Source: Planctomycetota bacterium (GTDB lineage Bacteria; Planctomycetota; PLA2; JAEUHO01). From it: 64,000 bases of DNA. The DNA is taken from the NCBI GenBank assembly GCA_965222115.1, contig CBDCTJ010000003.1, forward strand, positions 416,001 to 480,000. Reading direction: 5' to 3'. A program made the translations under genes and the position numbers. The notes under the pieces were generated by a model that worked only from the letters and a program-made list of their open reading frames with translations, was not told where the DNA came from and did not search any database. Below, piece by piece: positions 38,639 to 48,362 of the stretch; within the stretch, counting starts at the first letter, position 1; every line of letters begins with the position of its first letter.

Positions 38639-41600
38639 TCACTCAGGATATCGCACCTTTATGGGCTTGCCTTTTACTCTCCCCTTCCTTTTGACTTGGA
38701 CAGTTGGGCTGCCTTCCGTACTCTTACCGCGAACCGAAACTGTACTGCCATTGGGCAATTCTCCGGAACATACCTTATCCTCTCCCTTGCCACGCTTCAC
38801 GACTGGCTTCTCGTCATCAACTAACTGTTCAAAGTCCGCCATTGCCTGCTCATATCCACCGGCCTTTCCGAACTGTCGGACCCTACCCTTCTTCTTCAGC
38901 CGAGTGGCACCATGCAGCAGCTGCGCAATACGGTACTCCGACCAAAATTCGCGCCAGAACTCGTCATTGTAGGGTCCCTCCCAGTCGATAGATTCCGCGA
39001 ACTTCTCTGCGGCATGTTGCAGCCACGAAAAGATTGCCCATAGCCCAAAAGGATCAGTCAATGAAGCCGGATTACTCGTGGCGTACTGGTAGGGCGACAA
39101 TCCATCCACATATCCAAGCGGGTCCCTCTGCAAGAACCGTCCCGCTTCGGGGTCATACGCCCTGGCGCGATAGTGATACATCCCCGACTCGGCGTCGAAC
39201 TCACGCCCGGTGAATAGGAACGGGTTGCCCACATAGCTCGACCCCTGCGTAGTCCCAACCGAATTCCGAACGGCTGCCTTCCCATAGACGTCATACGTCA
39301 CCCACTCAACTACGCCGCCACCGGGCGCAGAAATCTCGCTCACGCTCCCAAGCGCGTTCTGGTGATAAGTAAACCGAAGAATCTCCGATGTATTGCTGTC
39401 GCCATCAACGTCTGAAATGTCCGCGCGATCCATCGCCCGCGGATGGTCAATGCGGTCTTCGTGGAAGTAACGCGCAAGCCATGTGTTGTTCCCGTCAAAC
39501 TCCTCAACAATGTCCTGCCCATCGAGAATGTAGCGCGTCGTGACCGCGCCAGAGACAACGTGCTTCTCGACCCGCCGGCCAAGTGCGTCGTATTTGTACT
39601 TGGCAATAACTGTGCTCGATCCATTGACCCTCACCTCGACCAAACGATTCTTATAATCGTAGTGGTACGTCTGCGTGCCGTCGTCGGTGAGATTGCCGTT
39701 GCTATCGTGCGCGCGGGAGGTACCGCCGATCGCCGTGTATTCGTTCATGGCGTTGAACGAGTAACTAACCGTCGTGGGCGAGCCGCCCCATGGAGTCTGC
39801 TGCGTTTGGCTGCGGTTGCCCAGGCCATCAAGCGTGTAAATCTGCTTGGTGACGTAGGTCTGCGAACCGGGCGTGGCCACCTCAGTCGCGGGATTAGTCA
39901 CGTCGTAGCGCGTGTCCACCATGCGGTAGGCCATGTCGTAGGCATAGACATCGCCCTTGCCGTTTCGAGCGTTCAGAAATGGTTGGATCCCGGTCGGCAA
40001 CGAGTTGATCCACGTGGAGTTGAATGAATTCTTCTCCATCCTGCGGTTGTGGACTTTGTCATACAAATAGTCGAATGTGTGGAAGCTCTGGCTCGATCCG
40101 TTCTTGTGGTCGAGCTGCGAGAGACGCGCAAAGCCATCGTATCCGTGATCCGTTGTGGTCGCGTTCTGGTTGGTCGTCTTGGCCAGACGGCCTGCGCCCT
40201 GGAAGGTGTAACTCGCAATGTTGGTGGAGGCTGCGGAATCCACCATCGCCGTCATGCGGTAGATGGCGTCGCGTTGGTGAAGCACACTGAAGGCACTCGG
40301 GTACTGAATCGCGCTGCGAGAGCCCGCGTCGGTATACGTCGAAGTGACGGTGCGCCACTTCTCTTGGCCTGTCACGGTGTAACCCTGCGTCTCCTTCAGC
40401 TCGTTGCCCACGCTGTCATACGTGAACTGCACCTCATAGTCATTGTCTTTCGCGGTGAGCATGCGGTTTAGCGCATCGTAGGAATAGGTCTCCGACGTCG
40501 TTCCCAAGACACCGGTGGCGCGATTGACCGCGCGCGAGGTCAAGCGACTGAGCACATCATAGGTATTGGTAACCACTGTGCCGTTCTGATCCGTCCAAGT
40601 CTTGACGCGATCGTTCTTATCGAAAGTTCGGGTCACGAACTTCGTGTCGGCAAAGGTCGTCTTGAAGACGCGCGAAAGGGCATCATAAGAATAGGACGTC
40701 GTGTTTAGATTGTCATCCGTGACTGACGTCATGCGGCCTGACGCATCGAAGCTCGCTGTCTCAAGAATGCTATTGGTGAAATCGTCAATCGACGTGCCAG
40801 TGGCAAGCGCGCGCTCATAACTCGTTTGGCGATTTGCGAGATCGTAGGTCCAGCGAACAGGACTCCCTTCGGCATCTACGCGGAAGGTCAGATTTCCGCG
40901 ACTGTCATACGAAAAATTCGTTGTCAAAATGTTCGAAGCGTTGAGCCGGTCGATCTCGCGCCTGGACGTGAGGCGGCCCAGGGCATCGTAGACAAACTCG
41001 GTTTCAAAAGTTTCGGAGCCGCCTGCTGTAGGAATGTCCTTGCGCTTGATTTTGGTGGCTTGCCCGCGCGCATCGAGGATCCACTCGGTTTCATTTCCAA
41101 CAGCGTCTTGGACCTTAATCTGGCGCCCCGCATTGTCATAGAGATAGGTCGTCTTATTGTTGAGCGGGTCTTTGATCTCCGTGACGCGGCCCGTTTTGTC
41201 GTGCTGGATGGTGACCGTCGGGTAGCTCGGCGTGAGCCCAGATCCGAAACGATCCTGGACGCGTTTCCAAAGTCGATTCACTTCATCAAAGTGATTCGTC
41301 GTCTTGGATTGAAGCACATTCGAGGCATTGTAGGCCGCCGCCGTAAGGACGTTTCCGTTCTTATCATAGGTCCAAGAAACGTAATGGCTCAGCGCGTTCG
41401 TTCGCTTCGTCGCGCGGTCAAAGAGATCGTACGTGAAATTCGTCGCGTCGCCTTCGCCGTTAATCGTCTTGCTGCGATTGCCGTTGGCATCGTAGTCCAC
41501 TTGAATCGTCGAGGCTTCAGCCGCGCCATAACCGCGCGTGAGCTTGAAGAGCAGCGCCCGCTCGTCGTACTCGACCTTCGTCTCGTCGCCCGTCGGGCTT

Positions 41601-44600
41601 CGAATTTTGGTGACCTTGCCCTCGCCGTCGTACTCATATGTCGTTACCGCTTGACTTGACGACGTCAGATCCTGGGTGGCAGTCAAGCGCCAGCCCATTT
41701 CGTTGTACGTATAGCTCGTCTCAATCCAGGGCGTGGTGGGGTCGAGCGTGCCGTCTTTGTCGCGGTTCTCCGTTTCAAGCAGCGTGAGATTTCGATTGGC
41801 ATCGTAGGTAAATTTGCGTTTGTAGTTGAGCGGCGTAGGCGCTTGTATCTGGGTAACGAAGTTTTCGGCGTCCACCGTGATCGTCGTCGTGGCACCACTC
41901 GGGTCAGCTACAGAGGTTACATTTCCATACTGATCATATTGAAATGTCGTGGTAATCGCGAGCCCGCCAGGATCACGAATGACTTTGTGCAAGTACCCGT
42001 TTTGGGAACCCGTCGTGTAGTACACAAAATTCGTTACGCGACTCTCCGCATCGGTTGCTGACGTGATGCGCCCGTAAGAATCGTATGCAAACGTCTCAGC
42101 AATCGCCTGGCTCGTCGGCTGCGTGACCGTGGGTCGCGATACGGCCGTCGTGTTGCCAGAGGAATCAACCGTCATGGACGTGACGTTGCCCTTGGGGTCG
42201 GTCACTTGGCTCACTTGGTTGTATTGGCCCGTGTACTGGTACGAGGTTACGAGGTCCGTTCCGCTATTGGTGCTGGTGTCCGTCGTCCGGTGGCGGACCT
42301 CCGTCAGATTGAGCGAACTGTCATACGTGTAGTCCGTCCGGTTGCCGCGCGGGTACACCACAGCCGTGGTCATGCCGGTGGTTGCGTTCACCGTGTACGT
42401 CGTGGTGAAGTCCGTTGGCTCGCCGGTTCTAAGCCCCTTGGTATAGACCTTCTTCTCTGTGGGCACCGCGAAGGAACCAAAAGTCCAGCGCGTTGTATTT
42501 CCCGCGCGATCAACAACGGTCGTCCGCTTGTTGGGCACATCATAAGAAATTGAGTAGACGCCCGGCCCGAGCGTTTCCTTCACCACCATGTCGTTGTCGT
42601 CGTACTCAAGCTCTTGGACGATTTCGTGCCGGGCACTCTCCACGTCAACCAAGTTCGATTGAAGGCGCGTCTGCGCGTGATTGGGGCTATACGAGAAACG
42701 CGTTGTGCGTCCTGATGTGAACTGTGCAGACGCCGGCGTTGTAATCGTCCGAAGATTTCCCATGTAGCCATAGGAGAAGGTCCACGTGCGGCCCCCAAAG
42801 TCTACCAGGCTCGACAATCGCCCCGTGGCATCGTAGTTGAGCGTGACATTTCGATTCAAAGAATCGGTGATCTGCGTCAGCTTGTCGCCCACATAGGTAT
42901 AGGTGTGCGTATTGCCATAGCGGTCAGCGAGGGAAATGCGTTGGCCGCTGGCATTGAATGTGCTCACGCGACCAAAACGATCCGTAACCGTGTGGTTTGC
43001 GCCCGAGGGGGCGAGCGTGGTGTCATAGTGGACTGGCGGAACGAACGTGCTTCCTGTTTTGACGTACGTATCCACCCGGCCGTAGGGGCTCTGGTACGTC
43101 ATGTCCCCGTTGGTCTCCGTTTGCATGCGCACATCTTGGTTTAGGAACCAACTGTTTCCGTACCGACCCTTAAAGTCTCGCCGCGATCGATACGTCAGCG
43201 TGAGATCAAGATCCATGCCACGGCCAGGGATCGATACCAGCCTGTGAATGTAAACTTCTTCGCCGGTGCTGTACTGGACGCTGGCTACGCTGGCGGGGCT
43301 ACTCTGCGCGGATGGCGTCGGTCCCTCCACGGGTCCCTGAGCAGTCGAATCAAAAGGTGGACACGGTCCGCCGCACGATGCTGCCGAAATATTGAAGGCG
43401 CCTGATGCTGCCGCCGTAATCGTGGGAAACACCCCGCCCGGCGGCACGTTGCTGGGATTCACGAAGATCATGTGGTCGTTGATCTCGCGACCGTTTGTAA
43501 CACTCATGTCCTGAGTGAGATTCGCCCACGTGATCTGCAATTTCTCAAAACTATCTCCGCCATCTAGCCACGTACTGCCTCCGCCGTAAGGCAAGTAGCC
43601 AGAAAGCAGTTCCACGCTCCCAACTTCAAGCGGCGAACTAGGCACGCCGACGTCAAAGACTCGGGCTGTCGTTTCATTGTTGGTGCTATCCGACATAAAC
43701 ACCGTGACCCACGGGCCAGCCACAGAAATGTCCACGGCGCTGACGTTCGAATACGTTCCCATCACCGGCGAAATGAAGCCAAACGTCGCTGCGCGCAAAT
43801 CGACTTGCAAGACCTTGGCAGTCGATCCGTCGTTGATGGAGACGTAGGCGTAGTCGGCATCCGCAACGGCAAGCCCCGTGGGCTCGACGTTCGCACCTGC
43901 AAAGGTGTCGTCGTAGTCAACAAGCAGCGTGGCGTCGAGCCGGTAAATCTCCGCCGAACCGTCGCCCAAAGCAACGACGTTATTGTTACCTGGTTTGGGA
44001 CCGGCAAGTTCGGTCGGCCCCCTTGCAAAGGAAGCGCTGCTGCTCACCGTGGGTCCGGAGTTTGTGATCTTGTAGAGTTCGTTGGTATTGGCGTCGATAG
44101 CCCACGCATCGGTGCTCGCCGAATTGTTGTCGGCCGCAGCTACGGTGAAGTCGGCACCGGCAACCGTGGCTACCGTGGTCGACGTACCGGTCGTCATGTC
44201 GAACCGAACGACCTCGCCATCGCTGGCACCGTAAATCACATCTCCGGATGTCTCGTCCAAATCAATCTGTTCAACCGCGTTGTTGGAGTGGGCGGGCTTT
44301 AGTGACGCGAACGAAACCGCATGGCGATTCTCGTTATCGACTTGGTAGATGCCGCCAGCCTGTCCGGCCAAGCCGTACGACTCCTTCGGATTTCCCGTGG
44401 TGCTCGTGTCCTTCATGCCAAAGTCAGTTAGGACGATGGGGTTCGCATTGTGCCCGGCTTCTGCACGAATATGGCGAGCGCCCGTCAGAACGAGCAGTGC
44501 AAGCACATAGGTTGCGCACCCAACTGCGGCAAGCCCCAAGGGTGTCTGCACCCATGGACGACGCGGCGTCTCTTGAAGCATGCGCTTGGAACTCTTACGA

Positions 44601-44623
44601 ATCTTCTTGCTCTTGCTGGCCAT
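38639..44623 (-). CDS. RHS/YD-repeat polymorphic toxin with N-terminal export signal and C-terminal toxin domain
   Basis: Many YD repeats; DUF6531-like STGE...IPGRG.DL.L.LTY.S; RHS core FTGREFD.ESG.YHYRARAYDP..GRFLQRDP and NP....DPFGL; 133-aa C-terminal tip. Confidence 0.95.
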   Translation of the reverse strand: MASKSKKIRKSSKRMLQETPRRPWVQTPLGLAAVGCATYVLALLVLTGARHIRAEAGHNANPIVLTDFGMKDTSTTGNPKESYGLAGQAGGIYQVDNENRHAVSFASLKPAHSNNAVEQIDLDETSGDVIYGASDGEVVRFDMTTGTSTTVATVAGADFTVAAADNNSASTDAWAIDANTNELYKITNSGPTVSSSASFARGPTELAGPKPGNNNVVALGDGSAEIYRLDATLLVDYDDTFAGANVEPTGLAVADADYAYVSINDGSTAKVLQVDLRAATFGFISPVMGTYSNVSAVDISVAGPWVTVFMSDSTNNETTARVFDVGVPSSPLEVGSVELLSGYLPYGGGSTWLDGGDSFEKLQITWANLTQDMSVTNGREINDHMIFVNPSNVPPGGVFPTITAAASGAFNISAASCGGPCPPFDSTAQGPVEGPTPSAQSSPASVASVQYSTGEEVYIHRLVSIPGRGMDLDLTLTYRSRRDFKGRYGNSWFLNQDVRMQTETNGDMTYQSPYGRVDTYVKTGSTFVPPVHYDTTLAPSGANHTVTDRFGRVSTFNASGQRISLADRYGNTHTYTYVGDKLTQITDSLNRNVTLNYDATGRLSSLVDFGGRTWTFSYGYMGNLRTITTPASAQFTSGRTTRFSYSPNHAQTRLQSNLVDVESARHEIVQELEYDDNDMVVKETLGPGVYSISYDVPNKRTTVVDRAGNTTRWTFGSFAVPTEKKVYTKGLRTGEPTDFTTTYTVNATTGMTTAVVYPRGNRTDYTYDSSLNLTEVRHRTTDTSTNSGTDLVTSYQYTGQYNQVSQVTDPKGNVTSMTVDSSGNTTAVSRPTVTQPTSQAIAETFAYDSYGRITSATDAESRVTNFVYYTTGSQNGYLHKVIRDPGGLAITTTFQYDQYGNVTSVADPSGATTTITVDAENFVTQIQAPTPLNYKRKFTYDANRNLTLLETENRDKDGTLDPTTPWIETSYTYNEMGWRLTATQDLTSSSQAVTTYEYDGEGKVTKIRSPTGDETKVEYDERALLFKLTRGYGAAEASTIQVDYDANGNRSKTINGEGDATNFTYDLFDRATKRTNALSHYVSWTYDKNGNVLTAAAYNASNVLQSKTTNHFDEVNRLWKRVQDRFGSGLTPSYPTVTIQHDKTGRVTEIKDPLNNKTTYLYDNAGRQIKVQDAVGNETEWILDARGQATKIKRKDIPTAGGSETFETEFVYDALGRLTSRREIDRLNASNILTTNFSYDSRGNLTFRVDAEGSPVRWTYDLANRQTSYERALATGTSIDDFTNSILETASFDASGRMTSVTDDNLNTTSYSYDALSRVFKTTFADTKFVTRTFDKNDRVKTWTDQNGTVVTNTYDVLSRLTSRAVNRATGVLGTTSETYSYDALNRMLTAKDNDYEVQFTYDSVGNELKETQGYTVTGQEKWRTVTSTYTDAGSRSAIQYPSAFSVLHQRDAIYRMTAMVDSAASTNIASYTFQGAGRLAKTTNQNATTTDHGYDGFARLSQLDHKNGSSQSFHTFDYLYDKVHNRRMEKNSFNSTWINSLPTGIQPFLNARNGKGDVYAYDMAYRMVDTRYDVTNPATEVATPGSQTYVTKQIYTLDGLGNRSQTQQTPWGGSPTTVSYSFNAMNEYTAIGGTSRAHDSNGNLTDDGTQTYHYDYKNRLVEVRVNGSSTVIAKYKYDALGRRVEKHVVSGAVTTRYILDGQDIVEEFDGNNTWLARYFHEDRIDHPRAMDRADISDVDGDSNTSEILRFTYHQNALGSVSEISAPGGGVVEWVTYDVYGKAAVRNSVGTTQGSSYVGNPFLFTGREFDAESGMYHYRARAYDPEAGRFLQRDPLGYVDGLSPYQYATSNPASLTDPFGLWAIFSWLQHAAEKFAESIDWEGPYNDEFWREFWSEYRIAQLLHGATRLKKKGRVRQFGKAGGYEQAMADFEQLVDDEKPVVKRGKGEDKVCSGELPNGSTVSVRGKSTEGSPTVQVKRKGRVKGKPIKVRYPE

Positions 44624-44680
44624 GTCTAACCTCTATCTCGCTCACACTTTGCTTGATGGTTTCCGGTGATGCGTTTCGCC

Positions 44681-45916
44681 CTACTCGTCGATTTTGTCAA
44701 TGAGGTCGTACGCAGCCTTGGCTTGGGCTGCGACGGATTTGGTCGATGAATCCTTGTCGGTCTTCATGGTTTGAAGCCCGCCCTTGTCGCCATAAGCTGC
44801 AAGCGCTAAGGCAGCACCGAGACGGATCTTGAAGTTCTTGGAACCAAGCTCGGAAACGAATGTGCTCTTGACGTCGGACAGGTCCCACGGCTTCTCAGCG
44901 GCGGCGAGACGCAGCGCGAGCTCTTGTACGCGAACATCCGAATCGGATAGCAACGTCTTGACCGTGGACTTCTCGCTTGAGACCGCCTTCGCCTTCTGAA
45001 TGGCGCGAAGTGCCTCCAGCCGAACACGCGCGTCTTTGTCTTTCGCAAGCGTGACGAAGGTCGCGGTATTTCCAGACTCGCCCCTCGCACTAAGTGCCGC
45101 TGTGGCGTGCTCGCGCACGAACCCCGACGTGCTCTTGACAAGCGTCTTGAGTTCTGAAGAGGCCGAACTTGCATTGCTGCCCGTGACTTCGCCAAGACAG
45201 CGCATCGCGAGAACTCGATCTCGATCTTCGCGCTTAGTGTCCACGGCGATCGCTGCGAGCTTGCCGGGGCCAGACGTTGGAATGAACCCAAGCGTACGAA
45301 TGGCCGCGAGTTTCGTGAGCCCGGAACTTGCCGCTGCGGCCTCCAGGGCCTTTGCGCCCGCGCCCGTGGTTCCCTTGAGCGCACGCGCTGCACGAGCCTT
45401 GACGCCATCGGCTACGCGATCATCGGCAAGAACGTCTGCAAGCTCAGCAACGAGCTTGTCGCGTGCCTTAGGCGCCTTCTGAAGAATCAGCGCGGCGCTG
45501 GCTGCAATGTTGGCGTTGTCACTTGCTAAGAGATCACGAAGTGCGCTCACATGATCACCACCCACAGGTAGCTTTGAAAGGGAGCGCACAAGACCGGCGC
45601 GTGTGACGGCGGAGTGTTTGCCTGCAAGTTCGTCCAAGAGCTTTGTAGCCTGCTTGCTACCGCCCTTTCCCAACCGGTCGCTTGCGTCTTGGCGCTTTTG
45701 GGCATCGACATTGGATAAGAGCGCCAAATCAGCTTCATACGGCGAAGGAGCAGCGGTAATTACCGCAGCGACAAGCGCAACAAGCATCACACCGGCGACA
45801 GGTGCAGCGCGCCTCACCTTCTGCGCGCGATTAACACGACCCGAGGAACCGACTTCACGCTCGCGGCTCCGATTTGGCTCGCGATTCCCCTTCTTATCCA
45901 ATGTGTCGTTGGTCAT
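44681..45916 (-). CDS. Exported/membrane-anchored HEAT-repeat protein
   Basis: Hydrophobic VAGVMLVALVAAVITAA; repeated D....VR..A..AL HEAT/PBS units. Confidence 0.8.
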   Translation of the reverse strand: MTNDTLDKKGNREPNRSREREVGSSGRVNRAQKVRRAAPVAGVMLVALVAAVITAAPSPYEADLALLSNVDAQKRQDASDRLGKGGSKQATKLLDELAGKHSAVTRAGLVRSLSKLPVGGDHVSALRDLLASDNANIAASAALILQKAPKARDKLVAELADVLADDRVADGVKARAARALKGTTGAGAKALEAAAASSGLTKLAAIRTLGFIPTSGPGKLAAIAVDTKREDRDRVLAMRCLGEVTGSNASSASSELKTLVKSTSGFVREHATAALSARGESGNTATFVTLAKDKDARVRLEALRAIQKAKAVSSEKSTVKTLLSDSDVRVQELALRLAAAEKPWDLSDVKSTFVSELGSKNFKIRLGAALALAAYGDKGGLQTMKTDKDSSTKSVAAQAKAAYDLIDKIDE

Positions 45917-46323
45917 CTGTGCCCCCTAACCGGGGAAGCTATCCACTCCGCGATTGGCGCGGATACGTACCCCAACGTGTGACTGTCGCTCGTTGCGGAG
46001 AAAACGAGGAACACGGCGACTTGCGCGTGCTTCTCGACAGCGCGAAATCGACACTAGAGACATGCGCGGCCGGTGGCGCGGAAATTCTCAACGTTTTTTA
46101 CAAAGAAAACAACCGTGTTCTTACCAGCACGCCGCGTGTGAACGACGCGTCAATCACGCTCAAAGATAGCTTGCTTGCGGCTTTGCGAGTTTGGAACACC
46201 GTTTGATGTTGCAGGTTCTTATGAGACGTACGACGTGACACAACAAACACGAGTGCGTGACATTTGTCGACATAGGAACGCATGCAGATGAAATACGCGC
46301 GCAGCCGATGTTGCACATCTCCG

Positions 46324-46430
46324 CCGCCCCTGCAGGGCGGGTCCTTTAGAGAGGGACGTTTACCCAGGGTTCCGCGTCGCTGCGCTTGCGCTCCACCCTG
46401 GGCTACTGATCCGTGGCCCCTAACGGGGCC
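46324..46430. repeat. REP-like palindromic element
   Basis: CCGCCC..GGGCGG, CCCAGGGT..ACCCTGGG and GGCCCC..GGGGCC inverted repeats in series. Confidence 0.65.
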
Positions 46431-46699
46431 GTTGACATTGTTGTGGAGCGCGACCGGCGATGGCGGACGCGTCTGAGGCATTGCGTCGTGCGCGTCAACA
46501 GATTTAAGTAACTCGTGTGGGGTCGCCGTGTGTGACCCATCTACGCGCCTCTTGATTCGGTCCTTCGATGCGCACTGCGCGAATCAGAGATTCGCTTGCA
46601 CAGGGCTCGCTTCGCTCACCCTTGACTAACAGCTTTGTCTCCTTCGGAGCCATATCCCTTTAATGGCCCCAATGCGCGCGGCGGCCGTGTACGAGGCCG

Positions 46700-47170
46700 C
46701 TCTTGGTGAACTTGGTGTCCTTGGTGAGATCCTCTTCTTCAAGTAGCGTCCCGCCACCAGAGTTGCACGTCACCGCCAAGAGGCGCCCCAAAACGCTTGC
46801 GCTCCGTTGCTTAGTTTCTTCGTGTGCCCATTCTTGAAACGATTTGCTTGCGACCCATTCCGCATCCAAACAAATCGCGTCCATTAACGCTTGCGCCTCT
46901 GCGCGCGGCAAATGCGACTTCTCCGAAAGTTCCCCGCTCTTCGGCTGCGCTTGGTGGCCTTGGTGAGAGCCTTCTTCCTTCCAAGCAGTGCCCCGTATCC
47001 AACCGCGCACGCCCTCGCCATACCGCGCTAACCGTCGCTTGCGCCTTAGTGCCTTCGTTTCTTCGTGTGAGCAATTCAAGAGCGACCTACTTGCAACCCA
47101 CTCCACGACTTCACAGTTCGCGTTCACCGTCGCTTGCGGCCCCGCGCTCTTTGCGGCTCTGCGTGAAATT
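46700..47170. repeat. Array of short 8-9 bp-period motif clusters (CTTGGTGnn, CTTCGTG, CTCTGCG) with ~240-bp higher-order duplication
   Basis: CTTGGTGnCCTTGGTGAGA at 46711 and 46950 (also 27220); ..CTTCGTGTG...CTTGC(G/A)ACCCA(T/C)TCC at ~46818 and ~47061. Confidence 0.7.
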
Positions 47171-47315
47171 AAATTATAGGAGTCTACGAATTCATACGGC
47201 GTGACATGCAAGGAATGGCACTCAGGACAGGGTTAAGAGACAGCTTAAGATTCAGATTCGGATGAGGTGAGAGGTCGGGCGTGGGGATTGATTTGGGGAA
47301 CAACCTGAGTGACTG

Positions 47316-48362
47316 TTACGCCCCAGATGCGGCCGGTTCGCGGTAGAGACGGCGGGCAGCCGACATGCGTTCCTGGTATTGCACGGCCACCGCCTGGGGT
47401 GAAACCACTTTGGCGCGTTGGCCCATTTCGGAGAGCCAGCGAAAGAGGCCTTCTTTGCTCTTCACTTTGACGGTGAAGACGCCTGTGCCATCGGGGTTCT
47501 CGACAAGCGTGCCCGCGCCGCGGCGGCGGCGTTTCATGAGCCAGGTGGCGACGTCGTCGAGTTCGATGCGCGCGGTGAACTCGGGACCATCGGGGATTTC
47601 GAATTCCTCGCGATGGATGTGATGGGAGATATCGAAGTCGTCGGGGACTACGTAGGCGTCGTCTTTCTTGTCGATGACTTTGATCTTGCCGCGGATGCGA
47701 TCGAGGCGGAAGTTTCGAAGTTCGCCGCGGTCCTCGTCAAAGGCCACCATGTACCAATTGCCGTCCACCAGACCGAGGCCATACGGACGCACGATTCGTT
47801 GACCGGTGCGATCGGCATCGACGGTGTGGTATTGAAACTTCACACGCCGACGACGACCCACACACTCGCCCAATTGCGCCATGTGCTGGCGACCGGGATC
47901 GCGCTGCGGACGCCCAAGGCTCAATAGATGCTGCTCCCCCACCGACGTACGCAGGGGCTCAGGTAGTTGGCTATCGATGGTGAGCTTGGCACATGCCGAC
48001 TTGAGATTGCGGCCCAAGGTGTCGTCTACGACGCCAAGCGTGCGCTGAAGCACGGCCAAGAGCATCGCATCTTCCGGTTCGAGCTTAGTTTCCTTCATAA
48101 AGTAGCCGCGGGGATCAATGACATAGCCCGCGCGACCGAAGACATCGCTTGCGACATATTCAATGTTTACGCCAATGCCACGCAGGTCGGCCTTGTCTCG
48201 ATCGAAACGCTTCTCAACCGCATCGACGCTTGCGCCGTCGTCGTAGCCCACAACCTTGCCGCGAATGGCGGAGAACGGAACCGGCGCGCGCGCGGAGAGC
48301 AGGTAGGAAACGAGATTGAGCTGGCGTTCGAGCTTGAGTACTTTCGGATCGCTCTTCGTCAC
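47316..48362 (-). CDS. WYL-domain transcriptional regulator (PafB-like: HTH-WYL-WCX)
   Basis: ERQLNL, FDRDKADLR.IG, V.PYGL..DGNWYMVAFD.DR...RNFRLDRI motifs; GTG 48362 with AAGGAG SD overlapping the MATE stop. Confidence 0.9.
   Translation of the reverse strand: MTKSDPKVLKLERQLNLVSYLLSARAPVPFSAIRGKVVGYDDGASVDAVEKRFDRDKADLRGIGVNIEYVASDVFGRAGYVIDPRGYFMKETKLEPEDAMLLAVLQRTLGVVDDTLGRNLKSACAKLTIDSQLPEPLRTSVGEQHLLSLGRPQRDPGRQHMAQLGECVGRRRRVKFQYHTVDADRTGQRIVRPYGLGLVDGNWYMVAFDEDRGELRNFRLDRIRGKIKVIDKKDDAYVVPDDFDISHHIHREEFEIPDGPEFTARIELDDVATWLMKRRRRGAGTLVENPDGTGVFTVKVKSKEGLFRWLSEMGQRAKVVSPQAVAVQYQERMSAARRLYREPAASGA

Noticed and set aside
35510-46200. Intact prophage or T6SS locus
   Set aside because: No integrase, capsid, portal, VgrG, PAAR or Hcp genes are recognisable
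46660-47211. 183-aa ORF
   Set aside because: Its sequence (LTKDTKFTK, HEETK, HQGHQA) is the translation of the repeat motifs; treated as non-coding
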